A stretch of 64,000 bases of DNA, taken from positions 14,595 through 78,594 of IMG/VR virus record IMGVR_UViG_3300023181_000029. One strand, given 5' to 3'. Below are positions 41,371 to 51,756 of the stretch, piece by piece; the first letter of the stretch is position 1, and each line of letters begins with the position of its first letter. The stretch is from a virus. Under the pieces are notes generated by a model that saw only the letters and a program-made list of their open reading frames with translations, did not search any database and was not told where the DNA came from. The position numbers and the translations under genes were made by a program.

Positions 41371-41763
41371 ATGGACACAATGACATTTATGGATATGGTT
41401 CGCCACGAAGTTGAGCAACTGAAAATCCACCTAACAGACGAGCAAAAAGGGAAACTGGATAAAGCCACGTTTAAGCCCACTCATTCAGAACATTGCGTAT
41501 ATGGGCAAATAACAGGGGATTGCTTTTCACATGAGGCTGCCAAATTGGTAGATGCTTGTGCGGTAAGTATTGGTGTTGCCGATTGTCCTCTTGATGTTAA
41601 ATCGTTTGATTTGCCACCTAGCGAAAGGGGGTTTTTTGACGGGTACGCGCCTATAGGATTCACCCCACTAGAAAAATACATCTACGGCTCTCCTAAACAC
41701 AACATCCTAGAATATCTGAAAGGCGAGGCTGATACACTACAACTTGAAAAAATTACCCCTTGA
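41371..41763 (+). CDS. Hypothetical protein
   Basis: CVYGQITGDC and FTPLEKYI motifs; A-rich leader. Confidence 0.55.
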   Translation: MDTMTFMDMVRHEVEQLKIHLTDEQKGKLDKATFKPTHSEHCVYGQITGDCFSHEAAKLVDACAVSIGVADCPLDVKSFDLPPSERGFFDGYAPIGFTPLEKYIYGSPKHNILEYLKGEADTLQLEKITP

Positions 41764-41904
41764 CCCCATCGGAGCGCACCTACTGGCAGCTACGACAATA
41801 AAGTACACTGCCTTTTTATCCCACTACGCAAGGGAAAGTGATAGTAGGGCGGTACAGTACAAAGAGTATTTAAATAATGCAAACAACAAGCTAAAACCAC
41901 AGAG

Positions 41905-42291
41905 ATGAAATACGCAATAATTAGTGAATTATATGAAGAAATTGCACACTTGAAAAGCTTATGCAGTACGGGGCCCTACCCAATGGAGGCGCACGACTTT
42001 GACAGTATTGAGACGGTATATAAGATGCTTTTAAGCTCACACGAGCCCGATGAAGTGTACGAGGTAAAGCGCATACACAACGCTACCACAATAGAGCCAT
42101 CACGTACTATGATTGCGGCAATGGCTATGCAGGGTATGATAGCTTCATTTGAGCGTAACCTACAGTTAGTGATTTCAAACTCTAAAAGCTCAGGTTGGAA
42201 AGTAATATATCCGCCTGAAACAGTTGCTGAGCATTCAGCTAAATACGCTGATGCCCTTTTATTGGAGCTTGCTAAACCTGTGGCGCAATGA
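41905..42291 (+). CDS. Phage protein with AAMAMQG...YADALL motif
   Basis: Widespread small-phage-protein motif of unknown function. Confidence 0.6.
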   Translation: MKYAIISELYEEIAHLKSLCSTGPYPMEAHDFDSIETVYKMLLSSHEPDEVYEVKRIHNATTIEPSRTMIAAMAMQGMIASFERNLQLVISNSKSSGWKVIYPPETVAEHSAKYADALLLELAKPVAQ

Positions 42292-43193
42292 TAGACTTCA
42301 ATAATATAACGGTAGAAAAGGCAAATGAATACAACAATCTACTTACTAGGTTACAGCCTCAACTGGAAGATTTCCTGCCGAATTGGGAAGAAGCCGATGC
42401 GCTAACAATATACTCTGTGTGCCCAGGATACATAGAAGAAATTGTATCCTTTTGGATGGATTGGGATGCGAGAAAGCAAAAAGACTTCTGCCTTGTGATT
42501 GGAGTATTTGTATGGATTAGAGATAGCGAAGAACTTAAAAACGCTTTGCAAAGGCATTACAAAGCCTAAAGCCATGAAGCCACACCCACTAGATAACGCC
42601 GGGCTTAAAAACTAAATAAAATGATAGGGATAAATCTAAATAAACAAGGTCAATTCTCAATAAAAGGGACAAAGCACTTTAACTCTGTATCAGCAATAGG
42701 TAGCTACGAAATTATTAACGGTAAGCCGGTAATTCAGAAACTAGAGATTGAAATTGACCGAGATACTATGAATTGCGGGTTAACAATTGAGAGCAACAAG
42801 GTTACGGGCTATTGGGGTAGAAATGAATCATTTGCCATAAAGAATGATAGATGGCTTGTGTATTTCGGACTATATACCGACCCGCCAAATATCAAGGTGG
42901 ACTTTAATCAAAAGGTGGTCAATATTAAACTTCAACCAGTAAAAATTACACAATGAAACAGGACAACGAAACGCTAAATACCGGCTTCTACGACGATGTA
43001 GTGCCAAAATGGAGAGAAATGCAAGACTTTATCAACCTATGGGCACCGTTCATGGTAGATAGAGAAACTGGATACATCTGCTTATCCGACTTTTTGATAG
43101 GCGAACTTGAAAAGAAATACAACTTAAGTAAAAAATAGTCCAACTTTAATTTGGCAGTTGCATTTTATTGCCGATATTTGGTGTAGAATATAT

Positions 43194-43283
43194 GACGTAT
43201 GGAACACGTCTTTCTAAAATACTACAGCCCTATTAACTTGACGCAAGTTCCATTTGCCGACTAGTTTCTAGGGCTTCTTTTTT
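43194..43283 (+). promoter_or_regulatory. Structured RNA leader with kissing loops and terminator-like stem
   Basis: Loop ATGGAAC (43199-43205) is complementary to loop GTTCCAT (43247-43253); AGCCCTA/TAGGGCT stem plus U tract before the ATG. Confidence 0.6.
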
Positions 43284-43790
43284 ATGCCTGAGCAAAATAT
43301 AATATGGCGACCAATAGTTGGTTTCAATGGAAAATACTTGGTAAGCAATACAGGTCAAGTAAAATCTACAATCAGGGGCAATATCTTTAAAAACCAAGTT
43401 CAACAACCTGGATATTGCAGAATAGTTCTGTACTTAGATAAAAAGCCTTACACCTCTCAAGTACACCGCTTGGTCGCACAAGCGTTTATATCAAACCCCG
43501 AAAACAAGAAAGAAGTTAACCATAAAAATGGTTGCAAAACAGACAACAGGGTTGAAAACTTAGAGTGGTGTACTGCAAGCGAGAATCAGAAACATGCATA
43601 TAAATATTTGGGAAGAATCCCTCAAACAGGAGAGAAGTGTGGACACGCTAAATTTACTAACAACCAAGTAGCTTTAATTAGAAAAGAACATGCCCCGGGT
43701 AATTTTTCGATAAAAGACTTGTGTCTTAAATATCCTATATCCTACTGCGGGATGCGTAATATTGTTAATTACACTACATATAGATTTTAA
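43284..43790 (+). CDS. NUMOD4-HNH homing endonuclease
   Basis: WRPIVGFNGKYLVSNTGQVKS, VHRLVA.AF and VNHKNG.KTDN...NLEWCT. Confidence 0.92.
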   Translation: MPEQNIIWRPIVGFNGKYLVSNTGQVKSTIRGNIFKNQVQQPGYCRIVLYLDKKPYTSQVHRLVAQAFISNPENKKEVNHKNGCKTDNRVENLEWCTASENQKHAYKYLGRIPQTGEKCGHAKFTNNQVALIRKEHAPGNFSIKDLCLKYPISYCGMRNIVNYTTYRF

Positions 43791-43853
43791 TACAACCACG
43801 ACCACAAGAAAGATTGCACCGGGATTTTTATTTTACAAAACTTAAAGAGCATA

Positions 43854-44348
43854 ATGAAATTCAAGATACTAAAAGGAACACCAACGTTTGAGAAACTGCA
43901 AGGCTTGTATCAGTTAATAATAAGCATTAACAAAAAGACAAAAGCCTTGGTTGAACGACTGGGCGCTGAACAATTTTTAAGAAACGACAATTATCTAGCA
44001 GGTGCGCCAATAGGATTCCAGTTTGACAAATGCCCTGACGGCTGGAAAAGCGAAGGTCAAGGTTGCTATTTTCCTAAAGCAAACCTTAAAGCCAACAAAC
44101 CACTACTTGCTGAGATAAAGGCACTCCCGAAATTAGATAAACAAGAACTTTTAACTATACTAGGTTACAAGCCGATGCAACGAGGTAAGGGTAATATTAT
44201 TTACTTTTCACCATCTTTCAGGTGGGGTAACGAGTTTTGCTTACTTGAAGTCCAAGAGGATATTAAATTTACCCCTAACGCTGACATGATAGAAATTCTT
44301 AGCAGCGAGTATAAGACATTATCTAACCAAATAGACTTAGAGCCATGA
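43854..44348 (+). CDS. Hypothetical protein
   Basis: Coupled ORF ending in DMIEILSSEY. Confidence 0.55.
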   Translation: MKFKILKGTPTFEKLQGLYQLIISINKKTKALVERLGAEQFLRNDNYLAGAPIGFQFDKCPDGWKSEGQGCYFPKANLKANKPLLAEIKALPKLDKQELLTILGYKPMQRGKGNIIYFSPSFRWGNEFCLLEVQEDIKFTPNADMIEILSSEYKTLSNQIDLEP

Positions 44349-45292
44349 ATACCGACACATTACGTAAACTCGCAGCCTACATCGGCGCAAAATGCGAATA
44401 CACAAAACGCGCAATATCTTACAGTGGAGAGTTTGGATTTGATGAATTGTCGCTATTACAGTTTAATCCCCCTTCCGATTTCAAAGTCCACCTGAGAACA
44501 ATTGATAGTATCACAGAAGGCGAATTGGCAGATATTTATGATGAATTTATTGATAAGGTATCCGATTTTACAGCAAAATTCTCATACAGCGCTGAATCGA
44601 AAGCAAGTATTGTTTCTAGCTACTTAAATGGCGGTAGACAGCTTTATTTAGACCAAGCCAATATTTTGCTTAATATTTGCCGTAACCACTTTATCCTAGT
44701 AGACGACATTCCCCTTGAACTTGTAAAAATTATTAACTAATGGGAGCGCACAAGAACATCAAACAACTAGCCGAAGAATGGTACGATAACAATTCTGACA
44801 GCCTAGTTATAGAACACACTTACAGCGATATAATCACAACATTCGAAGCAGGTTACAAAGCCGCTTCTGAGGGAATGTATTCGCTTGACCAAGTAATTCA
44901 GATGATTTCCGATGAACGCGATAGGTGCATGGAGATATGTCAGACCCATATAATAAAACCAAACGACATACGAGCGCTAACAGTTGCAATGGAAATCAAT
45001 AATAAAATAGCAAACCGCACACAAGAAGGTTCGCAGCCATTAACTGATAGGATTCGCCAAGAACTACTAAATGCTGGAATATGATAATCACAAAAGGAAC
45101 AATCAACGATAACGCATGGGTAAATAACACATGGTTGGCACCATACTTTAAATACCCTGTAACGCTGCGAAAGTTTATTACTGGCAGGATTGACTTACTT
45201 CTTGATGGTGAATGGTATGAACGTGTTGATGGTGAGTATTTAACGTCTAATGGTTATTAATATACTATTGAAAAACTTATAACGACCACACC

Positions 45293-45505
45293 ATGAAAAC
45301 GATACGCGAACATTTGGAAACTTTGCCGGAGCCATACCGCGCTCAGGCGTTAGAGAATCATGCTGCCTATCCGATGCCTAATGCTCCTGAATCATTTGAA
45401 AGCCTTTTAGAGGCATTTTATTGGGCTTTTGATTGGGATGGCTCAACTGAGAGATTTGATTACTGGTGCGAACTTTCTGACCGCATCGAATCCAACACAC
45501 TTTAA
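45293..45505 (+). CDS. Small 'LPEP' family protein (paralog)
   Basis: LETLPEPYRAQAL...AFDW....FDYW. Confidence 0.65.
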   Translation: MKTIREHLETLPEPYRAQALENHAAYPMPNAPESFESLLEAFYWAFDWDGSTERFDYWCELSDRIESNTL

Positions 45506-45537
45506 CTACAGTTTTAACCAGTAAAGAGAGAAGTAAT

Positions 45538-46326
45538 ATGCAGTACAGTATTTCCTTTAACCAAAAAGCAGCCGTTGATAGCAAGTTGCCACTGGATGTT
45601 ATAGATTTATCAATCCTTGCTTTCATTAAGGATTTTACGCATACTGGAAACTGTAACCATGTAAATTTTGGCGGTAAATCATATTACTGGATTAGCCATA
45701 AGCTAATAATCGATAACATGCCGTGTTTAGGTATAACTTCTAAGAGCGGTATCTTTAAAAGAGTTAAAAAACTATGCGAATTAAAGGTACTTACGGCGCA
45801 TCCAGACAATCAAATACTATCATCGTCTTACTATACTTTTGGCGACAATTATTCAGCATTATTTTTCTCAACATCTACCGAACAAAAAAACGACTTGTCA
45901 CCTACGCCTGAAAGTATGCACCCTACGCCTGAAAAGCCGAAGGGCTACTCCCGAAAAGGCATAGCCCCTACGCCTGAAAAGGTAGAGTACTATAAATACT
46001 ACTTAGATAATGGGAATAAAGAACAAACTATTAAGGTTCCAAGTGATTTTTTGAAATCTTCTGAGGCAGAAAAAGAACGGTACTTAATTTTCCAAAGGCA
46101 GATTGAAGAAGAATATCAAAAGGTTTATCAGTTAGAACCGATAAGTATTAAAATATTAACCAACTGTTGTGTGATTTACGGCAAAGAAACAGTTATGGAT
46201 AAAATAGGGGCTATGGAAAATTGCGCTGATTTGCTGAAAAAATATAGTAGCGCAGGGCTTACTCTTAAAACTTGGCTAAAAAGAGAATTAACGCTGGAAC
46301 AAAAACGGGCACAGAAAAAGGGATGA
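45538..46326 (+). CDS. Replication initiator protein (lambda O-like organisation)
   Basis: N-terminal wHTH-like region (YYWIS...I..K...KRVKKL), internal iteron repeats, directly upstream of the primase-helicase. Confidence 0.75.
   Translation: MQYSISFNQKAAVDSKLPLDVIDLSILAFIKDFTHTGNCNHVNFGGKSYYWISHKLIIDNMPCLGITSKSGIFKRVKKLCELKVLTAHPDNQILSSSYYTFGDNYSALFFSTSTEQKNDLSPTPESMHPTPEKPKGYSRKGIAPTPEKVEYYKYYLDNGNKEQTIKVPSDFLKSSEAEKERYLIFQRQIEEEYQKVYQLEPISIKILTNCCVIYGKETVMDKIGAMENCADLLKKYSSAGLTLKTWLKRELTLEQKRAQKKG
45901..45979 (+). repeat. Iterons / putative replication origin
   Basis: CCTACGCCTGAAA at 45901, 45922 and 45967; degenerate GCTACTCCCGAAA at 45944; spacing 21-23 bp. Confidence 0.75.
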
Positions 46327-48083
46327 TACGCAATATTTGGAACGAGATAGATTTCAAGGGGCGCGCAAGTGGACAGCACAAATTTATTTGCCCCAATTGC
46401 AGCCACACTCGCAAGGATAAGAAAGACCCTTGCTTGTCAGTGAACCTCAATGAGCAAACATACAATTGTCATAACTGCGGCGCTACCGGCTGCAAACTAA
46501 GACCAGTGAGAGAGAAAAAAGAACCTGTTATTTTACCAAAATTAAACACCTCCGATTTGAGCGATAAAACGTTCAAGTATCTGAACGAGGTTCGTATGAT
46601 TTCTAATACAACAATCAAGCGCAACAGGATTACCGAAGGTCAGTATTTTATGCGAGGTGAGAATATGAATTGCATTTGGTTTAATTACTATGTGGATGGG
46701 CAGCACACGAATACTAAATTCAGGAGCGGAAAGAAGCAGTTCGCACAAGTATCTAATGCTGATAAGCACTTTTATAAGGTTGATGATTTAGTAGGGCAAA
46801 CCGAGGCGCTGATTTCGGAAGGTGAATTTGACGCCTTGTCATGGGAAGAAGCAGGATTCTTAAATTGCGTATCGGTTCCTGATGGAGCATTGCAGCCTAC
46901 CCAAAATCATAGTGATAAGAAGTTTGAGTATATCGACAATGATATTGATAAGTTTGCCACTATTGAACGGATTTACTTAACTACGGATAATGATGCGCCG
47001 GGTATTGCTTTGCAGAAAGAGTTATCGCGTAGGTTTGGTAGAGAGCGTTGTTATATCATTGATTTAGGTGAATACAAGGACGCTAACGAAGTTTTGCAGA
47101 AGCTAGGCCGCTTTGATGGTTGCGAGTATTTGAAAGCCGCTAAAGAAGCCGCAAAGCCTTACCCACTGGAAGGGGTGCAAACAGTGGATGATTTAGCCGC
47201 CTCTGTGTTTGAGATTTATGTAAATGGCATTGATAATGGCGCAGGTATAGGATTTGGCTCACTGGATGAGCATGTTCGATGGCTAGTTGGGTGGTTTTAT
47301 TTAATTACTGGCGTGCCATCACATGGGAAAAGCTCGTGGTTAGACCAAGTGCTTTGTAAGCTAATGGAAAGGGAATGGAAGTTTGCTATATTTTCTCCCG
47401 AACATGCCCCTGAGTTACACCTACATAGAATGGCTAAAATAATATCTGGTAAAGCGTTTTGGGGCACTGAAAGAATGTCTTCTGACGAGTTAGAGGATAT
47501 TTTATATCAGCTAAATAAGAGGTTGTTTTTTATACGCCCAGACGACGAGGACTTTTCACTAGATAATATCCTAAAACTATCCCGTCAGTTAGTGGCGCGG
47601 CATGGTATTAAGGGTTTAGTTATCGACCCGTGGAATACACTAGACCACCAGGGAGCAGGAAGGGATAAGGGCGATTATATAAGCAATGCCCTTAGTAAGA
47701 TTAATGTATTTAAGCTACGTAATGATTGCTCCGTATTTCTAGTGGCGCATCCGACTAAAATGCAGAAGAATGATGACGGTACATATAAGGTTCCAACCGG
47801 TTATAACATTAGTGATAGCGCTCACTTCTATAACAAATGCGATATAGGGATTACCGTTTACCGAAACGATAATAATATCGTTGACGTAGAGATGTGGAAG
47901 GTAAAATTTGAAGGACTAATAGGCAAGAAAGGAACCGTCCAGTTTACATACGATAAGATTAATAATCGTTACACAGAGTATAGTGAGTTCCAGCAAGTTC
48001 AAGACACTCGATACGAAGTCGAGAACAACCGAAAGATAGCAAGACTCACAGAGGAGCCTAAAATTTCAAACGTACCTTTTTGA
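46323..48083 (+). CDS. Primase-helicase (T7 gp4/Twinkle-like)
   Basis: Zn finger CPNC...CHNCG; TOPRIM EGEFDAL and DND..G; SF4 helicase TGVPSHGKS, VIDPWN and VAHP.K. ATG at 46323 overlaps the initiator stop (ORF track starts at 46272). Confidence 0.92.
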   Translation: MIRNIWNEIDFKGRASGQHKFICPNCSHTRKDKKDPCLSVNLNEQTYNCHNCGATGCKLRPVREKKEPVILPKLNTSDLSDKTFKYLNEVRMISNTTIKRNRITEGQYFMRGENMNCIWFNYYVDGQHTNTKFRSGKKQFAQVSNADKHFYKVDDLVGQTEALISEGEFDALSWEEAGFLNCVSVPDGALQPTQNHSDKKFEYIDNDIDKFATIERIYLTTDNDAPGIALQKELSRRFGRERCYIIDLGEYKDANEVLQKLGRFDGCEYLKAAKEAAKPYPLEGVQTVDDLAASVFEIYVNGIDNGAGIGFGSLDEHVRWLVGWFYLITGVPSHGKSSWLDQVLCKLMEREWKFAIFSPEHAPELHLHRMAKIISGKAFWGTERMSSDELEDILYQLNKRLFFIRPDDEDFSLDNILKLSRQLVARHGIKGLVIDPWNTLDHQGAGRDKGDYISNALSKINVFKLRNDCSVFLVAHPTKMQKNDDGTYKVPTGYNISDSAHFYNKCDIGITVYRNDNNIVDVEMWKVKFEGLIGKKGTVQFTYDKINNRYTEYSEFQQVQDTRYEVENNRKIARLTEEPKISNVPF

Positions 48084-48084
48084 T

Positions 48085-48600
48085 ATGATAAAAGCAATCA
48101 ACACATTTTATAACGGACATTATTTTCGTAGCCGCACAGAAGCTAGGTGGGCTGTATATTTTGACACGTTAGGTGTAAAATGGCTCTATGAAGTAGAGGG
48201 GTATGAATTAGGCGATGGCGTTAGATATTTGCCTGATTTTTATTTTCCAGACTTTGACTTTTACCTAGAAGTGAAGCGAGAGAATTTTGGTGATTCTGAC
48301 CTACCAAGATGGAAGGAGTTTGTTATGCAATCACAGAAGTCGCTAGTGATAATGGAGGGGTTACCGATGGTAGATAAACTAGGCGCGTTATTAGAAATAC
48401 AATACGGGCAAGTGCTCCACACAGAAGGTATATTTATATTTGGGCATATAACAGGGAAAGACGTATTCTACGCTGGTAATCTTTATGATTACTCCGAAAT
48501 TTATCAAGAAGCTGTTATCGCTGCTAGATGTGCAAGATTTGAATTTTTAGATAATCAACAAACCAAATCACAACATGAGAACAATCAAATTCAGAGGTAA
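48085..48600 (+). CDS. PD-(D/E)XK nuclease
   Basis: FRSRTEARWA, YEVEG and YLPDFY..F.LEVK. Confidence 0.8.
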   Translation: MIKAINTFYNGHYFRSRTEARWAVYFDTLGVKWLYEVEGYELGDGVRYLPDFYFPDFDFYLEVKRENFGDSDLPRWKEFVMQSQKSLVIMEGLPMVDKLGALLEIQYGQVLHTEGIFIFGHITGKDVFYAGNLYDYSEIYQEAVIAARCARFEFLDNQQTKSQHENNQIQR

Positions 48601-48973
48601 AAAATTAGACAACAAAGAATGGGTCTATGGCGACTTAGTTCACGGTCAGGGCTATAAGGAAGGTAAGATGTTTATTTTGCCGCAAACACAATATTACCCA
48701 CAAGGTTGCCATAGTCTTGATGGATGGGATGTTGACCCTGATACCGTTGGGCAGTTTAGTGACTTAGTAGACATTAACAGGAAAGAAATTTACGAAGGAC
48801 ATCGCGTTAATTGCAATAATGTAGTTGTGACCGAAAGTGTATTGGACGCAGAAGTGGTATTTGTTATGGGTGCATTCAGGGATAACTACAATGGATATGT
48901 GCTTGCTGACGCTTACCGTAATATTGAAATCATCGGCGACATTTACTCACAACCCATATCCACAAACCCATGA
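48575..48973 (+). CDS. YopX-family protein
   Basis: MR.IKFRG, WVYG, TVGQF..L.D....EIYEG and EIIG.I. Confidence 0.88.
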   Translation: MRTIKFRGKKLDNKEWVYGDLVHGQGYKEGKMFILPQTQYYPQGCHSLDGWDVDPDTVGQFSDLVDINRKEIYEGHRVNCNNVVVTESVLDAEVVFVMGAFRDNYNGYVLADAYRNIEIIGDIYSQPISTNP

Positions 48974-49546
48974 TAACCGATATAATAAAAGACCTGAAAG
49001 AGAAACGGGATAATTGTGAAATATCAGACCGAGAAATGGCCTACGATTACGCCATAACCAAACTTGAAGAACTTATTGCGGCCAATACGGTGGTAACATA
49101 CGAGGTAAAAGAAGTGAAGGGACATTATGGAAACCCGCTAGAATACGATACGCTTTCTCATGCTGAGAAAATACAGATAGTAGAAGGGGGTAAAATATTC
49201 GAGCGCACCACCATATCAATAACCGAAACCCACGATAAAGAGCTATGAGACAGACAAAAATAAGGAAAGAAGTAGAGCTATTGTTCGAACTTAATTTTGG
49301 CGACTATTCATGCTTTAAGTGGAAATATATAGACGAAGATGAAGATTCTTGTACCCTTCAATTTGTCTATGAGGGCTATAGCGAGTATGTATCATTGGAG
49401 TTAATGCTATCCCTAGATGACCAAGATGTTTTACACCTACATACGCTGAGTGAAAATTACCAAGACATTACTGACCCAAAGGATTTATTCAGAGAATTAT
49501 TCTTGGTAGCGTTAAATGAGGCTCACTACTATAAATGCCATGCCGA

Positions 49547-49915
49547 ATGAAAGAGCAACACGAATTATTCTCCGCATTAGAGGAGATAACAGGAATTACA
49601 CGGGAGCAGATAATGAGCAAAAGCCGCAAACAAAATATCGGCGATGCTAAGAAATTGTTGCAGCTAGTATTAAGACATGATGCAAAGTGGACTTTTAAGA
49701 AAGTAGCGAAGTTTTTTGATTGCGACCATAGTAGCGTTATCCACAATAATAACGTATTGTTAGGGTTGCTTGAAAATGATTCCAAGATAAGGGCTCAATA
49801 CGAAACGTTGCGAGTTAAGTTGCAATTCTTTGGGGAGATAAAAGAAAGGCCAGTAGCTTCTTATTTTGCGCTACCAGCAAAGCACTATAAGCACGCAAAT
49901 AGACAAATAATTTAA
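49547..49915 (+). CDS. Stand-alone DnaA C-terminal (domain IV)-like HTH protein
   Basis: I.SKSR...I..A and VAKFF..DHSSVIH resemble the DnaA DHTTV.H signature. Confidence 0.7.
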   Translation: MKEQHELFSALEEITGITREQIMSKSRKQNIGDAKKLLQLVLRHDAKWTFKKVAKFFDCDHSSVIHNNNVLLGLLENDSKIRAQYETLRVKLQFFGEIKERPVASYFALPAKHYKHANRQII

Positions 49916-50107
49916 CCACTTAAAACCACGATATGAAAACGACAAAATATGAGTTTGATGATTTCGATTTGAAATCCTTTTGCGAGCAATTAGCCGCAGA
50001 TGCAGAATTTCATCTTGAATACGATGGTGAATTAAACACCAGAACTTTAGCTAGAAGCTATCAAAATACGCTTGAAGACTTACTAAAATCATTTATAATA
50101 GAATAAT

Positions 50108-50518
50108 ATGAAGACACTAAAAGAAGTAACCAAAGAAATCGAAACCACAATGGCCGATATTGCAGCACAGCGAGGCATACAAAATAGCAGCAAGGATGAA
50201 GACAAGATAGAAAAAGCTAGGCTTAAAGAGAAGCGTCTATCTAAACACCTGAAATTTCTGACTACTGCGAAATTGTATCTTGAAAAGACCCCTAGAGAGG
50301 GTTTTATCCAAGAAACAATAGATAAGACCGAAGCCGCTATTCAAGAAATAAACACAAGAGCGCCACGACTAGAACAGTTCGAAGGACGAGAGTATGCGCT
50401 AGAATTGTATAAGGCAGCACTAAAGCAACATAACGACGAATACCGCTTATCAGATAAGAAAAAGCACCTTAAATTGCCGTACTACTTATTGAACAAAAAT
50501 ATTACCAATAATCCATGA
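50108..50518 (+). CDS. Hypothetical coiled-coil protein
   Basis: Charged helical ORF coupled to the resolvase. Confidence 0.5.
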   Translation: MKTLKEVTKEIETTMADIAAQRGIQNSSKDEDKIEKARLKEKRLSKHLKFLTTAKLYLEKTPREGFIQETIDKTEAAIQEINTRAPRLEQFEGREYALELYKAALKQHNDEYRLSDKKKHLKLPYYLLNKNITNNP

Positions 50519-50967
50519 CAAAGCCAAAGTACGTTATCGGCATAGATGGCGGTGTTAATACTGGCTACGCTGTGTATGACCGTATAGAACGTAAATTAAC
50601 CACTGTATTCACTACAGATTTTTGGGGAGCGGTACGACTACTTGATTTGGTCGCCGCTCCTGAAAATATTGCTGATTATGAGGTCTACATCGAGAACCCA
50701 TCAGGAAACGCGCCTACGTTCGCGAAACAGGGCGCAAAAGGCATGTTAGTGTATAATAAGATAAGTCAAAATGTAGGGGCCAATAAAAGAGAGGCAATAC
50801 TCTTGATTGAGTACTGCCGGTTAAAGGGAATTAAGGTTACGCCAGTTCGACCAAATAAATCAAGCATGACTAAATTATCGGCTGATAAATTTCAGAAGAT
50901 TACAGGGTATGTAGGTAGAACTTCGGAGCACTCACGCGACGCTAGCATGATGATTTTTGGGCGTTAG
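50515..50967 (+). CDS. RuvC-like Holliday junction resolvase
   Basis: VIGIDGG..TGYAV, VYIE and EHSRDA RNase H-fold motifs. Confidence 0.8.
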   Translation: MTKPKYVIGIDGGVNTGYAVYDRIERKLTTVFTTDFWGAVRLLDLVAAPENIADYEVYIENPSGNAPTFAKQGAKGMLVYNKISQNVGANKREAILLIEYCRLKGIKVTPVRPNKSSMTKLSADKFQKITGYVGRTSEHSRDASMMIFGR

Positions 50968-51177
50968 TCGCACATTGTAACGGCGGTTGTGGCTATTAAA
51001 TAAGGTTAAGCGGCAACTAAGATGCCTTTTGTTTATCTATCGCCGCATAAATCTTATCCCATGAGGCTTGAATATCACGCTCATACCAGCCTACTTTATA
51101 GGCATTGTAGCATTGGTTTGCTTGACGCTCGTTAGGCTCTGTGATAAAAAACTCCTTTATAAACTCCTCTTTCGTTT

Positions 51178-51369
51178 TCATAGTGATATAATTGTTTCTT
51201 TAACAAGCCTCTCAATAACTCTGTATTTATGAAAGTGACCAGCGTTATCCTCCTCGTCCTCGGCTATTAATGCTAAAGCCTGGGCCAAAGTGTCGCATTC
51301 TCCGATATTATACCACTCTTTCTCTCCCTTTGGCTTGCGTTGGCTGATAAATATGGTTGTATGTGTCAT
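51178..51369 (-). CDS. Small hypothetical protein (shared motif family)
   Basis: W..IGECDTLAQAL...YRVIER. Confidence 0.55.
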   Translation of the reverse strand: MTHTTIFISQRKPKGEKEWYNIGECDTLAQALALIAEDEEDNAGHFHKYRVIERLVKETIISL

Positions 51370-51584
51370 GGTTGTGTAGATTTAGTGTTGTTAAAATATT
51401 CAGAATGTATTATACTGGTTTTGTCACCTGATTTTTTAACTATCCTATAATTCCAATAGGTTGTCGGAAGGCGCTCAGATTTAAACCGCTCTATAGCGGC
51501 TAATGCCTCTGCTTTACTTCCGTAGTCGGTATCTATCGCAGTCCAAATGCCAATGCCGATTCTTTCAGGCGTGAATGTTGTCAT
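51366..51584 (-). CDS. Small hypothetical protein (shared motif family)
   Basis: W......SKAEAL...YRIVKK; ATGA coupling. Confidence 0.55.
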   Translation of the reverse strand: MTTFTPERIGIGIWTAIDTDYGSKAEALAAIERFKSERLPTTYWNYRIVKKSGDKTSIIHSEYFNNTKSTQP

Positions 51585-51756
51585 TTTATCTGTTTTTGAA
51601 GTTCGATTAATTCTTTTACTGCTTTGGTGTTCTCTTGGGTGTAATGGTTGCTTATAATTGATAGTATCGCCATTTGAAGCGTTATTCTACTATTCCCGCC
51701 TGTATAGCCCATCTTATTGTCTGTAACTCTAGTGCTATCTTTTCCATGTTGTTGTT

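Noticed and set aside
45901-45979. Possible mini-CRISPR array
   Set aside because: 13-bp repeats with 8-10 bp gaps inside a CDS fit iterons; no cas genes.
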